The notes under the pieces are model-generated. The model was not told the DNA's origin, made no database searches, and saw only the letters and a list, made by a program, of their open reading frames with translations. A DNA stretch of 63,889 bases, the filler included, from Octopus bimaculoides (Eukaryota), in the NCBI RefSeq assembly GCF_001194135.2. It is 6 parts of 6 records of this genome, joined end to end, with 100 filler letters (N's around TTAATTAATTAA, not from the genome) between each part and the next. Parts side by side here need not be neighbours in the genome. Positions count along the whole stretch, not along the records: positions 43,000 to 53,847 come from NC_069007.1; positions 53,948 to 59,661 come from NC_068982.1; positions 59,762 to 61,312 come from NC_068991.1; positions 61,413 to 63,889 come from NC_069005.1; 2 more parts are not named here. One strand, given 5' to 3'. Below are positions 50,919 through 63,847 of this stretch, one piece after another. The position numbers were made by a program, and so were the translations under genes. Position 1 is the stretch's first letter. The number at the start of each line of letters is the position of its first letter.

Positions 50919-51562
50919 NNNNNNNNNNNNNNNNNNNNNNNNNNNNNNNNNNNNNNNNNNNNNNNNNNNNNNNNNNNNNNNNNNNNNNNNNNNNNNNNNN
51001 NNNNNNNNNNNNNNNNNNNNNNNNNNNNNNNGTATATATGTATATAGATATACATATATGTAGACATACATATATGTGTGTATATATGTATATATATACG
51101 TATGGATGTATTTGTATATCTATGTATCTTCGTGCGTGCTGGTTGTATGAACTATTTCCAATATAATAACTATTATCGATCTGTATCGATTATTAACAGC
51201 AGGTTATCTAGTAAGGTACATAGGTGCTGATGCCTGCAGTATATTTTACTGAAGTAGGACAAATATATAAACATATTTATATATCCACGAGAAATACAGA
51301 TGCACATATACGCATATAGATATTTCCATATCAACATACATATATACATACATTTATATATGTACATATGTGTGTATATATATATATAAAGATGTGTGTT
51401 TATATACAGACGCACACACATATATATATATTTATGCACACAGACACACATAAAAACACACACAAGCACACACACAGATACACATGTTGCATACATGTAC
51501 AAAAATAACATACGCACACATATATGTATATATATATATATACATATAGGTGTGTGTGTGTA

Positions 51563-51643
<81 letters not shown>

Positions 51644-51991
51644 GTGTGCGTGTGCGCGGGTGTATATATACATATACAGATGGATATGTACATGTATCAA
51701 TGCAGTATATTCATATATGCTTGGACGAGAGAGAGAGAGAGAGTCGGTGTGCGAAAGAGGTTTCTCACCCCCGTTCACATGTATATTCGTAATTATATAT
51801 ACACACACATATACTGTTTACATAGATATCTTTCGCTTTCTTTCTCTCTCGTGTACATTCTATCCTCCCTCACTCCTTCTCTAACTCTCTCTATCTCTCT
51901 CTCGCTATGTCTCTTCAAACATCTTCCTCATCCTCTTTTTCATTTGGCTCCCTCTTTCATATACACAGGCACACATCCAAACAATTATATG

Positions 51992-52032
<41 letters not shown>

Positions 52033-52360
52033 ATGTATGCTTTTGTGTGTAGAGGGTGTCTTGTGTATGTACGTACGTGTGCAGGCATTATGCATAAGAT
52101 AAACCGAGAAAGAACGGAGGCGAGGTTAAGTGATAACAACATCTATTTAACCAGGATTTCAAAATGTAGTGGAAACAGGTTAAAGATCGGCGAATGCGTT
52201 TTTAAAGCTACACAATGCAAACGCAACCAAACACACACACATACACTCACACACACGCACATTCACACAAACACACATGTGCAGACACACTGTCTACATG
52301 TGTCTGTGCAATATATTTTAATATACGTACATGTATGTTTGTGTCTGTATATATATATGC

Positions 52361-52408
<48 letters not shown>

Positions 52409-53796
52409 NNNNNNNNNNNNNNNNNNNNNNNNNNNNNNNNNNNNNNNNNNNNNNNNNNNNNNNNNNNNNNNNNNNNNNNNNNNNNNNNNNNNNNNNNNNN
52501 NNNNNNNNNNNNNNNNNNNNNNNNNNNNNNNNNNNNNNNNNNNNNNNNNNNNNNNNNNNNNNNNNNNNNNNNNNNNNNNNNNNNNNNNNNNNNNNNNNNN
52601 NNNNNNNNNNNNNNNNNNNNNNNNNNNNNNNNNNNNNNNNNNNNNNNNNNNNNNNNNNNNNNNNNNNNNNNNNNNNNNNNNNNNNNNNNNNNNNNNNNNN
52701 NNNNNNNNNNNNNNNNNNNNNNNNNNNNNNNNNNNNNNNNNNNNNNNNNNNNNNNNNNNNNNNNNNNNNNNNNNNNNNNNNNNNNNNNNNNNNNNNNNNN
52801 NNNNNNNNNNNNNNNNNNNNNNNNNNNNNNNNNNNNNNNNNNNNNNNNNNNNNNNNNNNNNNNNNNNNNNNNNNNNNNNNNNNNNNNNNNNNNNNNNNNN
52901 NNNNNNNNNNNNNNNNNNNNNNNNNNNNNNNNNNNNNNNNNNNNNNNNNNNNNNNNNNNNNNNNNNNNNNNNNNNNNNNNNNNNNNNNNNNNNNNNNNNN
53001 NNNNNNNNNNNNNNNNNNNNNNNNNNNNNNNNNNNNNNNNNNNNNNNNNNNNNNNNNNNNNNNNNNNNNNNNNNNNNNATGAGGTGTGGCCATGCTGGGG
53101 CATATATATATATATATATGTATGTATGTATGTATAAAAGAATATTACAGGTATGTACATATATATACATATACAGGCATATCATATGTGTTATGATTAT
53201 ATATAGTTACATACAGTTATCTATATGGCCGCATATCTATGAGTGCTCGGTGGTGGCACACATATATGTAATCGTCTGTGATAATATATGTGTGCCTATG
53301 TTTGTATTTATGCATGTTTATGTGTAAATGTGCTTTTAGATACGTGTACGAACAGGCACGTATACACACACATACACACACACACATTGTGTGTGTGTGT
53401 ATCTATATCTGAATTTAGATGTGTGAATTTCTGTGTATCATAATAAAATTATTGTATAGATTCCTTTATTATGTTGACATCACACACAGAATTAAATCGA
53501 CCAGATTTGTAAGCTCTCAGAAGAAGCATTAAAAAATTGTCTGCTCTGACATAACTGCTCTTTGGCACTCCGTTGTTTAGAGATCGTCGTTGCACATTTG
53601 AGATTTATTCCAAACACGGAAGATGAAGGAAGAAATTCAAAGAGCTTCTGGACAATTCTATGGCGACTAGCAATAGTCATAAATGGGTCAATGTATTGAT
53701 ACGTAACACTCACATAAATATTCGCATAGCCACATATATAGGATTTTGTGTGTGCGCGTGTTTATATATGTATATATATATAAGAGATAGGGAGAG

Positions 53797-53847
<51 letters not shown>

Positions 53848-54146
53848 NNNNNNNNNNNNNNNNNNNNNNNNNNNNNNNNNNNNNNNNNNNNTTAATTAAT
53901 TAANNNNNNNNNNNNNNNNNNNNNNNNNNNNNNNNNNNNNNNNNNNNAGTGGGCAGTAACAAAAAACCTATTTGTATATGCTCCACAAGGGAAAACAAGG
54001 AACATAGTTTACAATGAGGTGTTATAATCACAACAGCAAGAAAGTATGTACGTGATCACCTTCTTTTACGAAACTTCATTGACTTTCATATATTTATATT
54101 GATATACATATATATACGTGTGTTTGGGTGCGTGTGTGTATATACA

Positions 54147-54237
54147 TCTCTATATATAAAGATGATGCGTAGTCTAGACGGCGTTTTTAGATTTCATTAT
54201 TCTCTTTAACCCGGGCAACGCCGGGTATTTCTGCTAG
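54147..54237 (+). mobile_element. 91-bp non-autonomous mini-Helitron
   Basis: A|TCTCTATATATAAAG start; hairpin cccgggcaacgccggg; CTAG|T end; no TSD. Confidence 0.75.
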
Positions 54238-54256
54238 TATATATATATTCCTTCCC

Positions 54257-54646
54257 CTGTTTCAGTCATTTGACTGCGGCCATGTTGGAGCACTACCTTT
54301 AGTCGAACGAATTGACCCCAGGACTTATTCTTTATAAGCCTAGTCATTATATTTATCAGTCTCTTTTGCTGAACCGCTAAGTTACAGGAACATAAACACA
54401 CCAACATCGGTTGTCAAGCAATGGAGTGGGGACAAACACAGACACACACACACAAATATATACAGACATATGTATATATATATATACGACGGGTTTCTTT
54501 CAGTTTCTGAATACCAAATCCACTCACAAGGCTTTGGTCGGCCTGAGGCTACAGTAGAAAACACTTGCCCAAGATGCCACACAGTGGGACTGAACCCAGA
54601 ACCATGTGGTTGGGAAGCAAGCTTCTTACCATACAACCACTCCTGA
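54257..54646 (-). mobile_element. tRNA-derived SINE, family A
   Basis: Collinear with 13299-13691; minus head caggagtggttgtatggtaag...ggttcagtccc. Confidence 0.9.
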
Positions 54647-54682
54647 TTCTATATATAAAAAGTTTATAATTATTATCAAGTA

Positions 54683-54985
54683 TAATTATAATAAAGGGCA
54701 CATATACACCTACTTACTAGATAGAGGAGCTAAATCCTCAAGTAAATCCCCGAATTACACTAAAATATATAACAGAACAACAGAAATCGGGCTAGTGAGA
54801 AACAATTCCTCAGAAACATCATAGACCAAAGCTGTAGAATGAAGAATTCTTCATTCTACAGCTTTGGGTTGTGTGCTTTGGTCTGTGATGTTTATGAGGA
54901 ATTGTTTCTCACTAATCTGATTTCTGTTAGTCTGCTATATATTTCAGTGCAATCTGCACATATGCGCACTTTATTATAATTATAA
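54683..54985. repeat. Long imperfect fold-back with a perfect 42-bp palindromic core
   Basis: ccaaagctgtagaatgaagaa|ttcttcattctacagctttgg (54826-54867); the arms continue outward with an offset. Confidence 0.85.
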
Positions 54986-55136
54986 ACATTTTATTCTCTA
55001 GCTATTGAACACTATTATTACTTGCTACCACCTATATTTTTGTTGTTGTTATTATCTATTATTTAAATTTACTGCTGATAATAATAACAATAAAAATATC
55101 TTTATGGATATTCATTTGAATATTCACTCTTTATCA

Positions 55137-55392
55137 TTATCATCATCATTGTTTAACATCTGCTTTCCATGCTACCATGGGTTGGACGATTTGACTAAGG
55201 ACTGGTGAACCGAATGGCTGCACCAGGCTCCAATCTGATCTGGCAGTGTTTCTATAGCTGGATGCCCTTCCTAACGCCAACCACTCCAAGAGTGTAGTGG
55301 ATGCTTTTACATGTCACTGGCACAAGGGCCAGTCATGCAGTACTGGCAACGGCCACGCTCAAAATGGTGTATTTTACGTGCCACCTGCACAT
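55137..55392 (-). mobile_element. SINE family C copy
   Basis: Reverse complement of 1-336, including the (GAT)n tail. Confidence 0.85.
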
Positions 55393-56154
55393 TCGGTAAT
55401 TTTATGAAACACACAGCATTACCCTTCTCCCGAGGCTTGGATTTTGTGTTCCAAATTTCATTAGAATCGGTGCAGTAGTTTATGAATGTATAAAACACGG
55501 ACACTATTGGTATAGTGGTCATTTGCAAACTTCAGTGGTGACACTTTCATTTCCCTTTACCCTTCACATCACACAGTTGTTAATGTTTGAGTTGGGTCAT
55601 GCCCTTCCAATTGCTATAGATCCGTAATGCATCTTACGGCTGTGCCTGCCACCTGTATGGTGAGGAATCCTACATTGGGGAGTAGTAATGACTAGGGTAG
55701 GGTAGCTGACTGCTTATTGTGATCACTCATCTTTTGGTTTCCTGTAGCTTTGCTCTCTTTTACAAACCTCATGAACATACATATATTTCCTATTTCAAAG
55801 AAATTCGAACAATTCATATAAGACCCAAGTTCAAAAGATTCTCAACAATTCAACTTCTCTAGTTGATATTAAGACACCCACCCCCAATAAGGGCCTTAAC
55901 TCCCACATTTTAGAGCTCCGTGACATCCATTTTTCAGGAGCAAAATCCTTTTAACAGGTTCCATAAGACTGGAATTTTAGAATCTGCACATAAAGATCAA
56001 TAGTATGGGATAAATGTGTCATGATTAGAATTTTTTTAGGGTGTGTAAAGAGGGAAAGAACCCTCATCTGCAATTTTTGTGAAATTTGAATCGTAGGTTT
56101 TCCAATTCATTAGAGAAAATATAACAGAAAAGTCTAATTGTTCAATTGCATGTA

Positions 56155-56183
56155 ACACGAGCAACGCCGGGTATCTCTGCAAG

Positions 56184-56185
<2 letters not shown>
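56155..56185 (+). mobile_element. Helitron 3'-end relic
   Basis: cacgagcaacgccgggtatctctgcaagt resembles the 54210-54238 terminus. Confidence 0.5.
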
Positions 56186-56214
<29 letters not shown>

Positions 56215-57504
56215 CTGTATAAGTGTGCTTACCTGTGTATGCATATGCGTGTTGGTGACTCATTGGTTGCAGGGAAGATATTATAGAGAACTGCAGTTCT
56301 GTGAAAGTAAGGACTGTGGTTAATGGGAGGGAAAGAATATACCACTAGATTCCTTTTTCATTTTCTGAGGTGCTAAGGCTGTTGTAATAGAATGAGTTAG
56401 GAGACTGTATGTCTGAAGGTCAAAAGTTGTGGTATAATTACTATGAGAAAGTGATAAAGCACCTTACTTTGCATGTATGTATGTATGTATGTATGTATGT
56501 GTGTATGTGTGTACGTATGTTTATGTGTGTGTGTATGAATGCAAACTGATAGATAGATTCATAAGATTGAATGTTTTGATATTTCCAATTAACTTCCAGT
56601 TGCTTGTTAAACTGAATAGATTCATTGTAAAGTTACAATAAACTGTAACCTTTTTAGAGATATCATATTTAACCTTTTCTTCTGTTATATCATTTTCTTG
56701 CAAGTGAACATAGTTTAAATAGACTTAATATGATATCATTGTTTGGTTGTTGGGAAGAAACTTGTCAATGCTTTTCATTACAATAACGAAATTGACTTTC
56801 CTTTGCATACTAAATAAACAAGAGTTGACCAAGGTCTAGCTAACAAGATGTCAGTTATAGATCATCCTGTCAATGTTATTTAACTGTTTTTCCCTTCTGA
56901 AATAGGATGGCTTGTATCAGTCAGATTTGATGAACACAAATCTGAGAGATATAAACTATTCAATTTCACAGAAAAAAATATATTTTCAAGATATGTGGCA
57001 TATATTTGAAGGAAACAAACAATCTCATGTAAGAACAACTGCTTCCCGTACTTCAAGGATTATTATCACTCTGGGAAGTTTTTAGTGTAGATGAAACTTA
57101 AAAAGCTTAGCTATTGCTCACAAGTAATCATGACTTGGTTTGAACCATGCTTTTGTTAGTTGTTTCAGATGTCTATTTAGTTGTGAACATAGACACTCTT
57201 GACCATCTCACCCTTCACCTTGTGGAACAATAATGATTTGAAATCCAGAGGAGAGAAAGATGTGCTTTTTCTCAAGGAGAAGGATGTACTTTTTCTTGGG
57301 AATTGAACCAATGATCTTATAAGTGAAATCCCAACACTTTAACCACTATATTTTAATATAGATATTAGATAGTGTAGATAGATAGCAAAATAAAGTGGCT
57401 ATCTACTGTTCTATCTTTGATAAGTTGATTCAAAAGCATATGTATGCATGCATGCATGTATGTACGTATGTACATATGTATGCATGTGTGTCTGTGTAAA
57501 ATTC

Positions 57505-57930
57505 ATCATCATCATCATCCCATTAGCAGCATTATTTTAAAGTCCACTTTTCCATGCTTGCTTGGGTCAGATGGAATTCATTAAGACAGATTTTGTAGGA
57601 CCAAATATCTTTCCTGTCACTAACCCTCATCTGTTTATAGGCCAAGTAATATTTGGCCATGACTGGACATGTTTTCATGGCAGATTGAAAACAAACAACA
57701 CTAATTATATGACAGTAACAATTGTTTATAACTGTCAAATAGTGTGAAGATTAAGAACCACTAACACACACACACATGGACTTCTTTCAGCTTCTGTCAA
57801 TCAAATCCATACACAAGGATTTGATTGATCCAGGGCTGCAGTTGAAGGCACTCGTCCAAGGTGCCATGCAGTAGGACTGAACCAAAATTAATGTGGTTAA
57901 AAAAAAGCAATCTTCTTAACCACACAACCA
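57505..57930 (-). mobile_element. Composite SINE (family A head plus (GAT)n tail), degenerate
   Basis: ccaaggtgccatgcagtaggactgaacc...ttaaccacacaaccatgcc head relic; (CAT)n at 57503-57520. Confidence 0.65.
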
Positions 57931-58049
57931 TGCCCATGTCTCAGTTATACAGTGGTAATTGTACCTAGACATCCTAGATTGCTTTGCAACAAAAAAACCC
58001 TTCCTGACTGATTGACATGAAGTCACTTACCAACACATTCCAGCCTGTG

Positions 58050-58330
58050 ACCCACACCATTGCTGTCTTTTGACCTTACCTTTTCTTCTTTTACTTCTAT
58101 ATTGATACAGTGACTTCTGCTCTTCCACACTAGGTGGTCTTCTGCCATTTCCAACCAGGCATTCTCAATTCAGTCTCTGCCCTTTCTTTTGTAACTCACA
58201 CTGTGTTTGTTCTCTTAGTCCCTGCACTAACAACTATGCCCTGTCATTCTCAGAACAGTAGTCTACTTAATTCCCTAGTAAAACAAGTTTATTTTGTTCT
58301 GCAGCCATTGACTTGCAACTGTTCAAGGGG
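58050..58330 (-). mobile_element. Very degenerate RTE 3' fragment
   Basis: Minus IENAWLEMAEDHLVWKS resembles the RTE C-terminal W...A.DR..W motif. Confidence 0.35.
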
Positions 58331-59487
58331 AACATCAACCATTTCAAAAGGCCCTAGGTACAACCACACCTTCCTCCTGACCACCAATAAAAAGCGTACT
58401 GGCAGAAAATTAAGACAAAAGATGAAAGGCAAATAATTATAAATTTGTTTTAAAAAATGCATAGAATATAGGTCAAGATTTTGTTATTAATATTAAAAAG
58501 TAAGAAAGGAATATAGAAAAAAATTAAATGGATCTCTTGGTTAAAACTGAAAACCTTGGATTGATTATCTGCTGTGTAAAGTAAATGTGTTATTTTCTAA
58601 AATTGGTGATGGATTATGATATAGCCCTGATGAGTGAATCATGTATTGACACCTTATGATACTTTTCTGCTCTAACTACCAATTCTTGCTGGTTGAAGTG
58701 AATGTAGAAACTCAAGATATTTGTGCAGTCATTGTTATTTAGTGGCTATTAGAAGACAAACAAAATCTTCATTTGGCGGTTTAGCGTAAAGTTTAATGAG
58801 ATGCTCATAATTTATGGCAGAAGCATGATTTTCAAATGTATATATGAAGTTTATGAAACATAAAAGAAAAAAATATGCATTTAAAGCAAGCATCTAATGA
58901 GACTCAAGAGAGATTTTCTACTCTTTTAAAATATGCAAATTGATGAGACAAAATATTGGAAGTGACTGAGGAATTAACTTATCTGGGCAGTGCAATTTAT
59001 TTTGTTCATCTATTGGTCCATCTCCAACAAAAGACACTACCTGTGGCTGCAAATTGAGTTAAGGACTGTCAAAGTCAAACTAAAGTACCATTTGCTTGCT
59101 CAAAACATTCTACAATCCTAATTCAAAGGGCAAGACAAGAAGTAGACTAAAATATAGTGCTTGGGTTTTGAGGGAGACCAGAAGGAACCAACTGGAAAGA
59201 ATTGCCTAAAAGGTTAGAGACATTTAGATAACTTTTGGCAGAAGAAAGTTTATGAGAAGTAACATAAATTTTGCTGGGATGCACTTGTCTGGCAAGTGAT
59301 TTGAGACCGTGTATTGAAATTAAAACAATTACCCACAAAAACCGTTAACTTCACTTCGTTTAAATGACAAAATTTTCGTTGCACTGTCTACCACTGACAA
59401 ACTTCCACTGCAACATAGAACACTTATGTAAACTGGTTAAACTCCAGTGTTTGACCCGAGCAAAAAAAAAAAAAAGAATGCAATAAG

Positions 59488-59660
59488 TGCAAAACATGTT
59501 GTAAACGAATATGAAAAAAAAAAAAATGCACGCTGGCGAACGGGAGTGTGGGGGGAGACAACTCGGAAAATTCACATTGGCAATGTTCCGAGTTCTCTCA
59601 CCACTTCCCGTTCGTCGACGAAATTTTTTCTTCATATTCGTTTCTTACACATTATTTTAC
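59488..59660. repeat. ~170-bp fold-back (MITE-like) with a short loop
   Basis: aaacgaatatgaa...cgaacgggagtgtg...aactcggaa versus ttccgagtt...cacttcccgttcg...ttcatattcgttt. Confidence 0.75.
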
Positions 59661-59761
59661 ANNNNNNNNNNNNNNNNNNNNNNNNNNNNNNNNNNNNNNN
59701 NNNNNTTAATTAATTAANNNNNNNNNNNNNNNNNNNNNNNNNNNNNNNNNNNNNNNNNNNN

Positions 59762-59806
<45 letters not shown>

Positions 59807-60153
59807 TATATGTATGATTGTATGTATATGTATATATATAAATATATGCGAGTGTACGTATTGTTTGTCATAACAGATTACTTCATATCTGCATTTTAAT
59901 CCGTATTCGGATATTAACACACCTGTCTTCTGCGTCAACTCTACCAAAGGTGTTAATAACAACCGGATTTCTCCTGCCATATCAATCGGAAGATTCATAA
60001 ATTATTCAGTTACCCTGAATGTATGTGTTGCAAATTGATTCTCAGTTGCCGTCAGTTTGTGCATCCCCATCTTCTACAATATACCTTGGGAATAAATATA
60101 CATGATTCTGGATAGAATAGCAGATAACCAAGTGCAAATATACATGTACATAA

Positions 60154-60198
<45 letters not shown>

Positions 60199-60217
60199 AC
60201 TAACTATTTATTTATCT

Positions 60218-60269
<52 letters not shown>

Positions 60270-60273
60270 TTAT

Positions 60274-60505
60274 GGCGGTGAGCTGGCAGAACCGTTAGCA
60301 CACCGGCCGAAATGCTTAGCGGTATTTCGTCTGCCCGCTACGTTCTGAGTTCAAATTCCGCCGAGGTCGACTTTGCCTTTCATCCTTTCGGGGTCGATTA
60401 AATAAGTACCAGTTACGCACTGGGATCGATATAATCGATTTAATCCGTTTTTCTGGCCTTGTTTGTCCCCTCTGTGTGTAACCCCTTGTGGGTAGTAAAG
60501 AAATA
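60274..60505 (+). mobile_element. tRNA-derived SINE, family B, with Tx1-like 3' tail
   Basis: Head ggcggtgagctggcagaa...gagttcaaattcc (B box); tail tgtcccctctgtgtgtaaccccttgtgggtagtaaagaaata. Confidence 0.9.
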
Positions 60506-60509
60506 ACAC

Positions 60510-60544
<35 letters not shown>

Positions 60545-60847
60545 AAGAGATAGATAGATATTCAGTGACGGATGAAAGTCAGCGCTAGTGCTTGTAATCA
60601 TTTTCGACCGCACACAGTGCATGTGTTTTGTTCGTTCACCGGTTCCATGCGTTTATAGTGCTTAAAAACGCTGTGTGTTAAAGGACCTGAAAGTCATAGA
60701 TAGGTGAGACATCTCACCCCGAACCATTATGCAATTTTATTTTTCGTATATGCATCCCCGTAGTATGCCAGCAAAACTTTTTACAATATGTATAAATATC
60801 TTTGCTAAAATATATAAAAAATGACCGTCCCGCAATATAACAATGTA

Positions 60848-60937
<90 letters not shown>

Positions 60938-60938
60938 G

Positions 60939-60972
<34 letters not shown>

Positions 60973-61060
60973 TAAGTTATAGGGTAGCAAAAAAATTTTA
61001 GAAATTTTATTTACCACCAGTGGTCTAGCGAGAATAAAAAACAGTCAATAGACTATGTAT

Positions 61061-61252
61061 TATTCATTTAAAATGCAGAGATGCCTATAATAGGACATCT
61101 AACCCGCTAGAAATAGCAGCAAAAAAGACTACATACCACAAAATTAGGGATAGCAGCAGAATTATCCCTAATTTTGTGGTATGTAGTCTTTTGCTGCTAT
61201 TTCTAGCGGGTTAGATGTCCTATTATAGGCATCTCTGCATTTTAAATAAATA
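61061..61252. repeat. Near-perfect palindrome (92/90-bp arms, 10-nt loop) next to a Penelope-like terminus
   Basis: Arms 61061-61152 and 61163-61252 differ by one substitution and a 2-nt poly-A/T indel; adjacent gggagaattcacaaaa...caggtggtg recurs at 63848-63889. Confidence 0.9.
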
Positions 61253-61392
61253 TATATATATATATATAGGGAGAATTCACAAAAAAAAAACAACAGACGA
61301 AGGCAGGTGGTGNNNNNNNNNNNNNNNNNNNNNNNNNNNNNNNNNNNNNNNNNNNNTTAATTAATTAANNNNNNNNNNNNNNNNNNNNNNNN

Positions 61393-61433
61393 NNNNNNNN
61401 NNNNNNNNNNNNGTTACTCTGAGTTTCACGTTC
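61393..61433 (-). ncRNA. Minimal type-I hammerhead ribozyme (truncated by gap)
   Basis: Minus: caaaactgt-CCGATGA-ACG GGAA CGT-GAAAC-TC A GA-GTA-AC; stem II with a GNRA loop, palindromic stem III, GUA cleavage triplet, first 2 bp of stem I visible. Confidence 0.6.
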
Positions 61434-61473
61434 CCGTTCATCGGACAGTTTTGTTAGAAAAAATGCTTACTCC

Positions 61474-61540
<67 letters not shown>

Positions 61541-62008
61541 ATATGTTTGTGTGTATACATATGTATTTGTGTGTATATGTCCTCTTGTTCGTATATGTAA
61601 CCGCATAAAATGATGACGTATAACCCGCAATACGCACATAATTATGCATTCTTATAACACATGCACTCAGAAACGTACAAATACAGCCATACCCACTGGT
61701 ACATACCCTTTTGCTTTCTTATATATCTACCTGGTCTATTCACAGACGCATATAACGGTCCACTCACTGCTCGCTGTTCAAATCCTTAAGACATGCACAA
61801 ATTCAAAGTTTACGCTCAGAGATGCATACAGGTACAGCCAAACGTACGAAAAAGCGCACAGACTTACTAGGCACACGTGTTTACACTTATACGTAATCAC
61901 CAACGTACCCAAATACACACCTACTATCAGACATGCGTTGACAGCTTCACAAGTCAAATACATACATATCACAGTGACATGTTTATATGGTGTTGTTGAG
62001 TTGTAGGG

Positions 62009-62280
62009 GGCGCAGGTGTGGCTATGTGGTAAGACGTTTGCTTCGCAACCACATGGTTTCGGGTTCGGTCCCACATCGTAGCACCTTGGATAAGTTTCTT
62101 CTACAATAGCTTCCGGCTGACAAATACACGGGCTGTGCGTCACGCTGAATCTTCTGAGAGCATGTTAAGGGTACACGTGTCTGTGGAGTGCTCAGCCACT
62201 TGCACGTTAATTTCACGAGCAGGCTGTTCCGTTGATCGTATCAGCTGGGACCCTCGTCGTCGTAACCGACGGAGTGCTCC
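62009..62280 (+). mobile_element. tRNA-derived SINE, family A head with an alternative body
   Basis: A box TGGCTATGTGG (62019-62029), B box GGTTCGGTCCC (62062-62072); diverges from 13299-13691 after about 110 bp. Confidence 0.8.
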
Positions 62281-62779
62281 GTATATATATGTATACATAT
62301 ATATACATATATATATATACATATATATATATACATATATGTATATATATATATATATACATACATATATATATGTTGATTAACAGCCCAGTCAAGATGA
62401 TATTTTCTTCATCTCCTACTCTTGTATTTGCACACATCTACAAAATGACTTTCTGAAATGAATTTCCATTATGCATTTTTGTTGCNNNNNNNNNNNNNNN
62501 NNNNNNNNNNNNNNNNNNNNNNNNNNNNNNNNNNNNNNNNNNNNNNNNNNNNNNNNNNNNNNNNNNNNNNNNNNNNNNNAAAGTCTTGAGCCTCAAAAAA
62601 ACCGAACATGGTACAAGACTTCAAGGCCGAAAGGCCTTGAATGCTCAAAGCTTTTCATACACTCCTCGTGTATATATGCACACACAAATTTAGATATGTA
62701 CATATACTCTGTATGTGTATATTCATGTGTATAACAGGAATGACATACAAAGAAACGCGTGTCTATATCAGTGTATATA

Positions 62780-62817
<38 letters not shown>

Positions 62818-62951
62818 GTTAATAAAAGAATGAAGCTATTGATATTACATTTATTGTCCGGCAAGGAGCGCCCCAATAGATGTGTTGGATAAATCATTTT
62901 GCATGTAGAACTCAATATATATATATACAGTGATTATATAATTTCATGTGA

Positions 62952-63160
62952 TATCGGTTTCAAATTTTGGTACAAGGGCAACAATTTGGCGGGGCGGGGT
63001 TAAATCCATTACATCGATTCCAGAGTTTAACTGGGACTTATTTTACTGAAACGATGAAAGGCAACGTCGGTCACGGCGGAATTTGAACTCAGAACGTTAA
63101 GTCGGAAGATACACATATAAGCATTTTTCAGGCGCGGTAGCGATTCTACCAGCTCGCTGC
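62952..63160 (-). mobile_element. tRNA-derived SINE, family B, third tail type
   Basis: Minus head gcagcgagctggtagaatcgct...ttctgagttcaaattccgccg. Confidence 0.8.
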
Positions 63161-63847
63161 TTTAATTTCATGTAATATTAAATGTAAGCCAATTCTGTCA
63201 CTTCATCGTCACATTGAAAACGATGCAACATGCTTGCACTAGGATTAATGCTTTTATAAATACAACTATGGGAGCGGCTTAAAGTGATGTTGCCAGAAAT
63301 TAATCATTTTGACATACTTGTAGAAAAGTGCAGAGTAAATTGATCAAAAAGAACTGACAATCTTGTATACTACTTGATAAACCAAAAGTAATGCCAGGTA
63401 TAGTAAGGCGAAATGAAGAATATATAATAAAGATGGCTGACTGAGCACAGAGGATGATATTCGAATTAGCGTGGTAGTAAGCACAATGACATCACACAAG
63501 ATCAGTAGTTAAACGGGATGGGTATGTCACGAGTAACATCAAAGGAATTGAGATGATAAGAAGAAAAAATGAGTTAGAAAACATGAAAGAGAAAGGTAGA
63601 TAGAACAAATACAAGAAGTGGGTCATGAAAAATAGGAAGATGGACGAAAATCAGAAGAGATAAATAAAGACGTGTAATTAAAGGAACTGATTAATTTCTC
63701 GTTAAACGGAATAAAGCAGCAGATCAAACCCTAATCAAAATATCGTAATGCAATAATAATATAGAACAGGATTATATTAAAAATAGTAAGTATTAAGAAC
63801 AAAAAATTAATTATTAATATTTTTAAAGGAACCAGTAAATAGTTATG

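Noticed and set aside
62009-62085. tRNA gene (also at 5649, 13620-13691, 60274)
   Set aside because: A/B boxes are present, but there is no convincing cloverleaf and each continues into a repeated SINE body.
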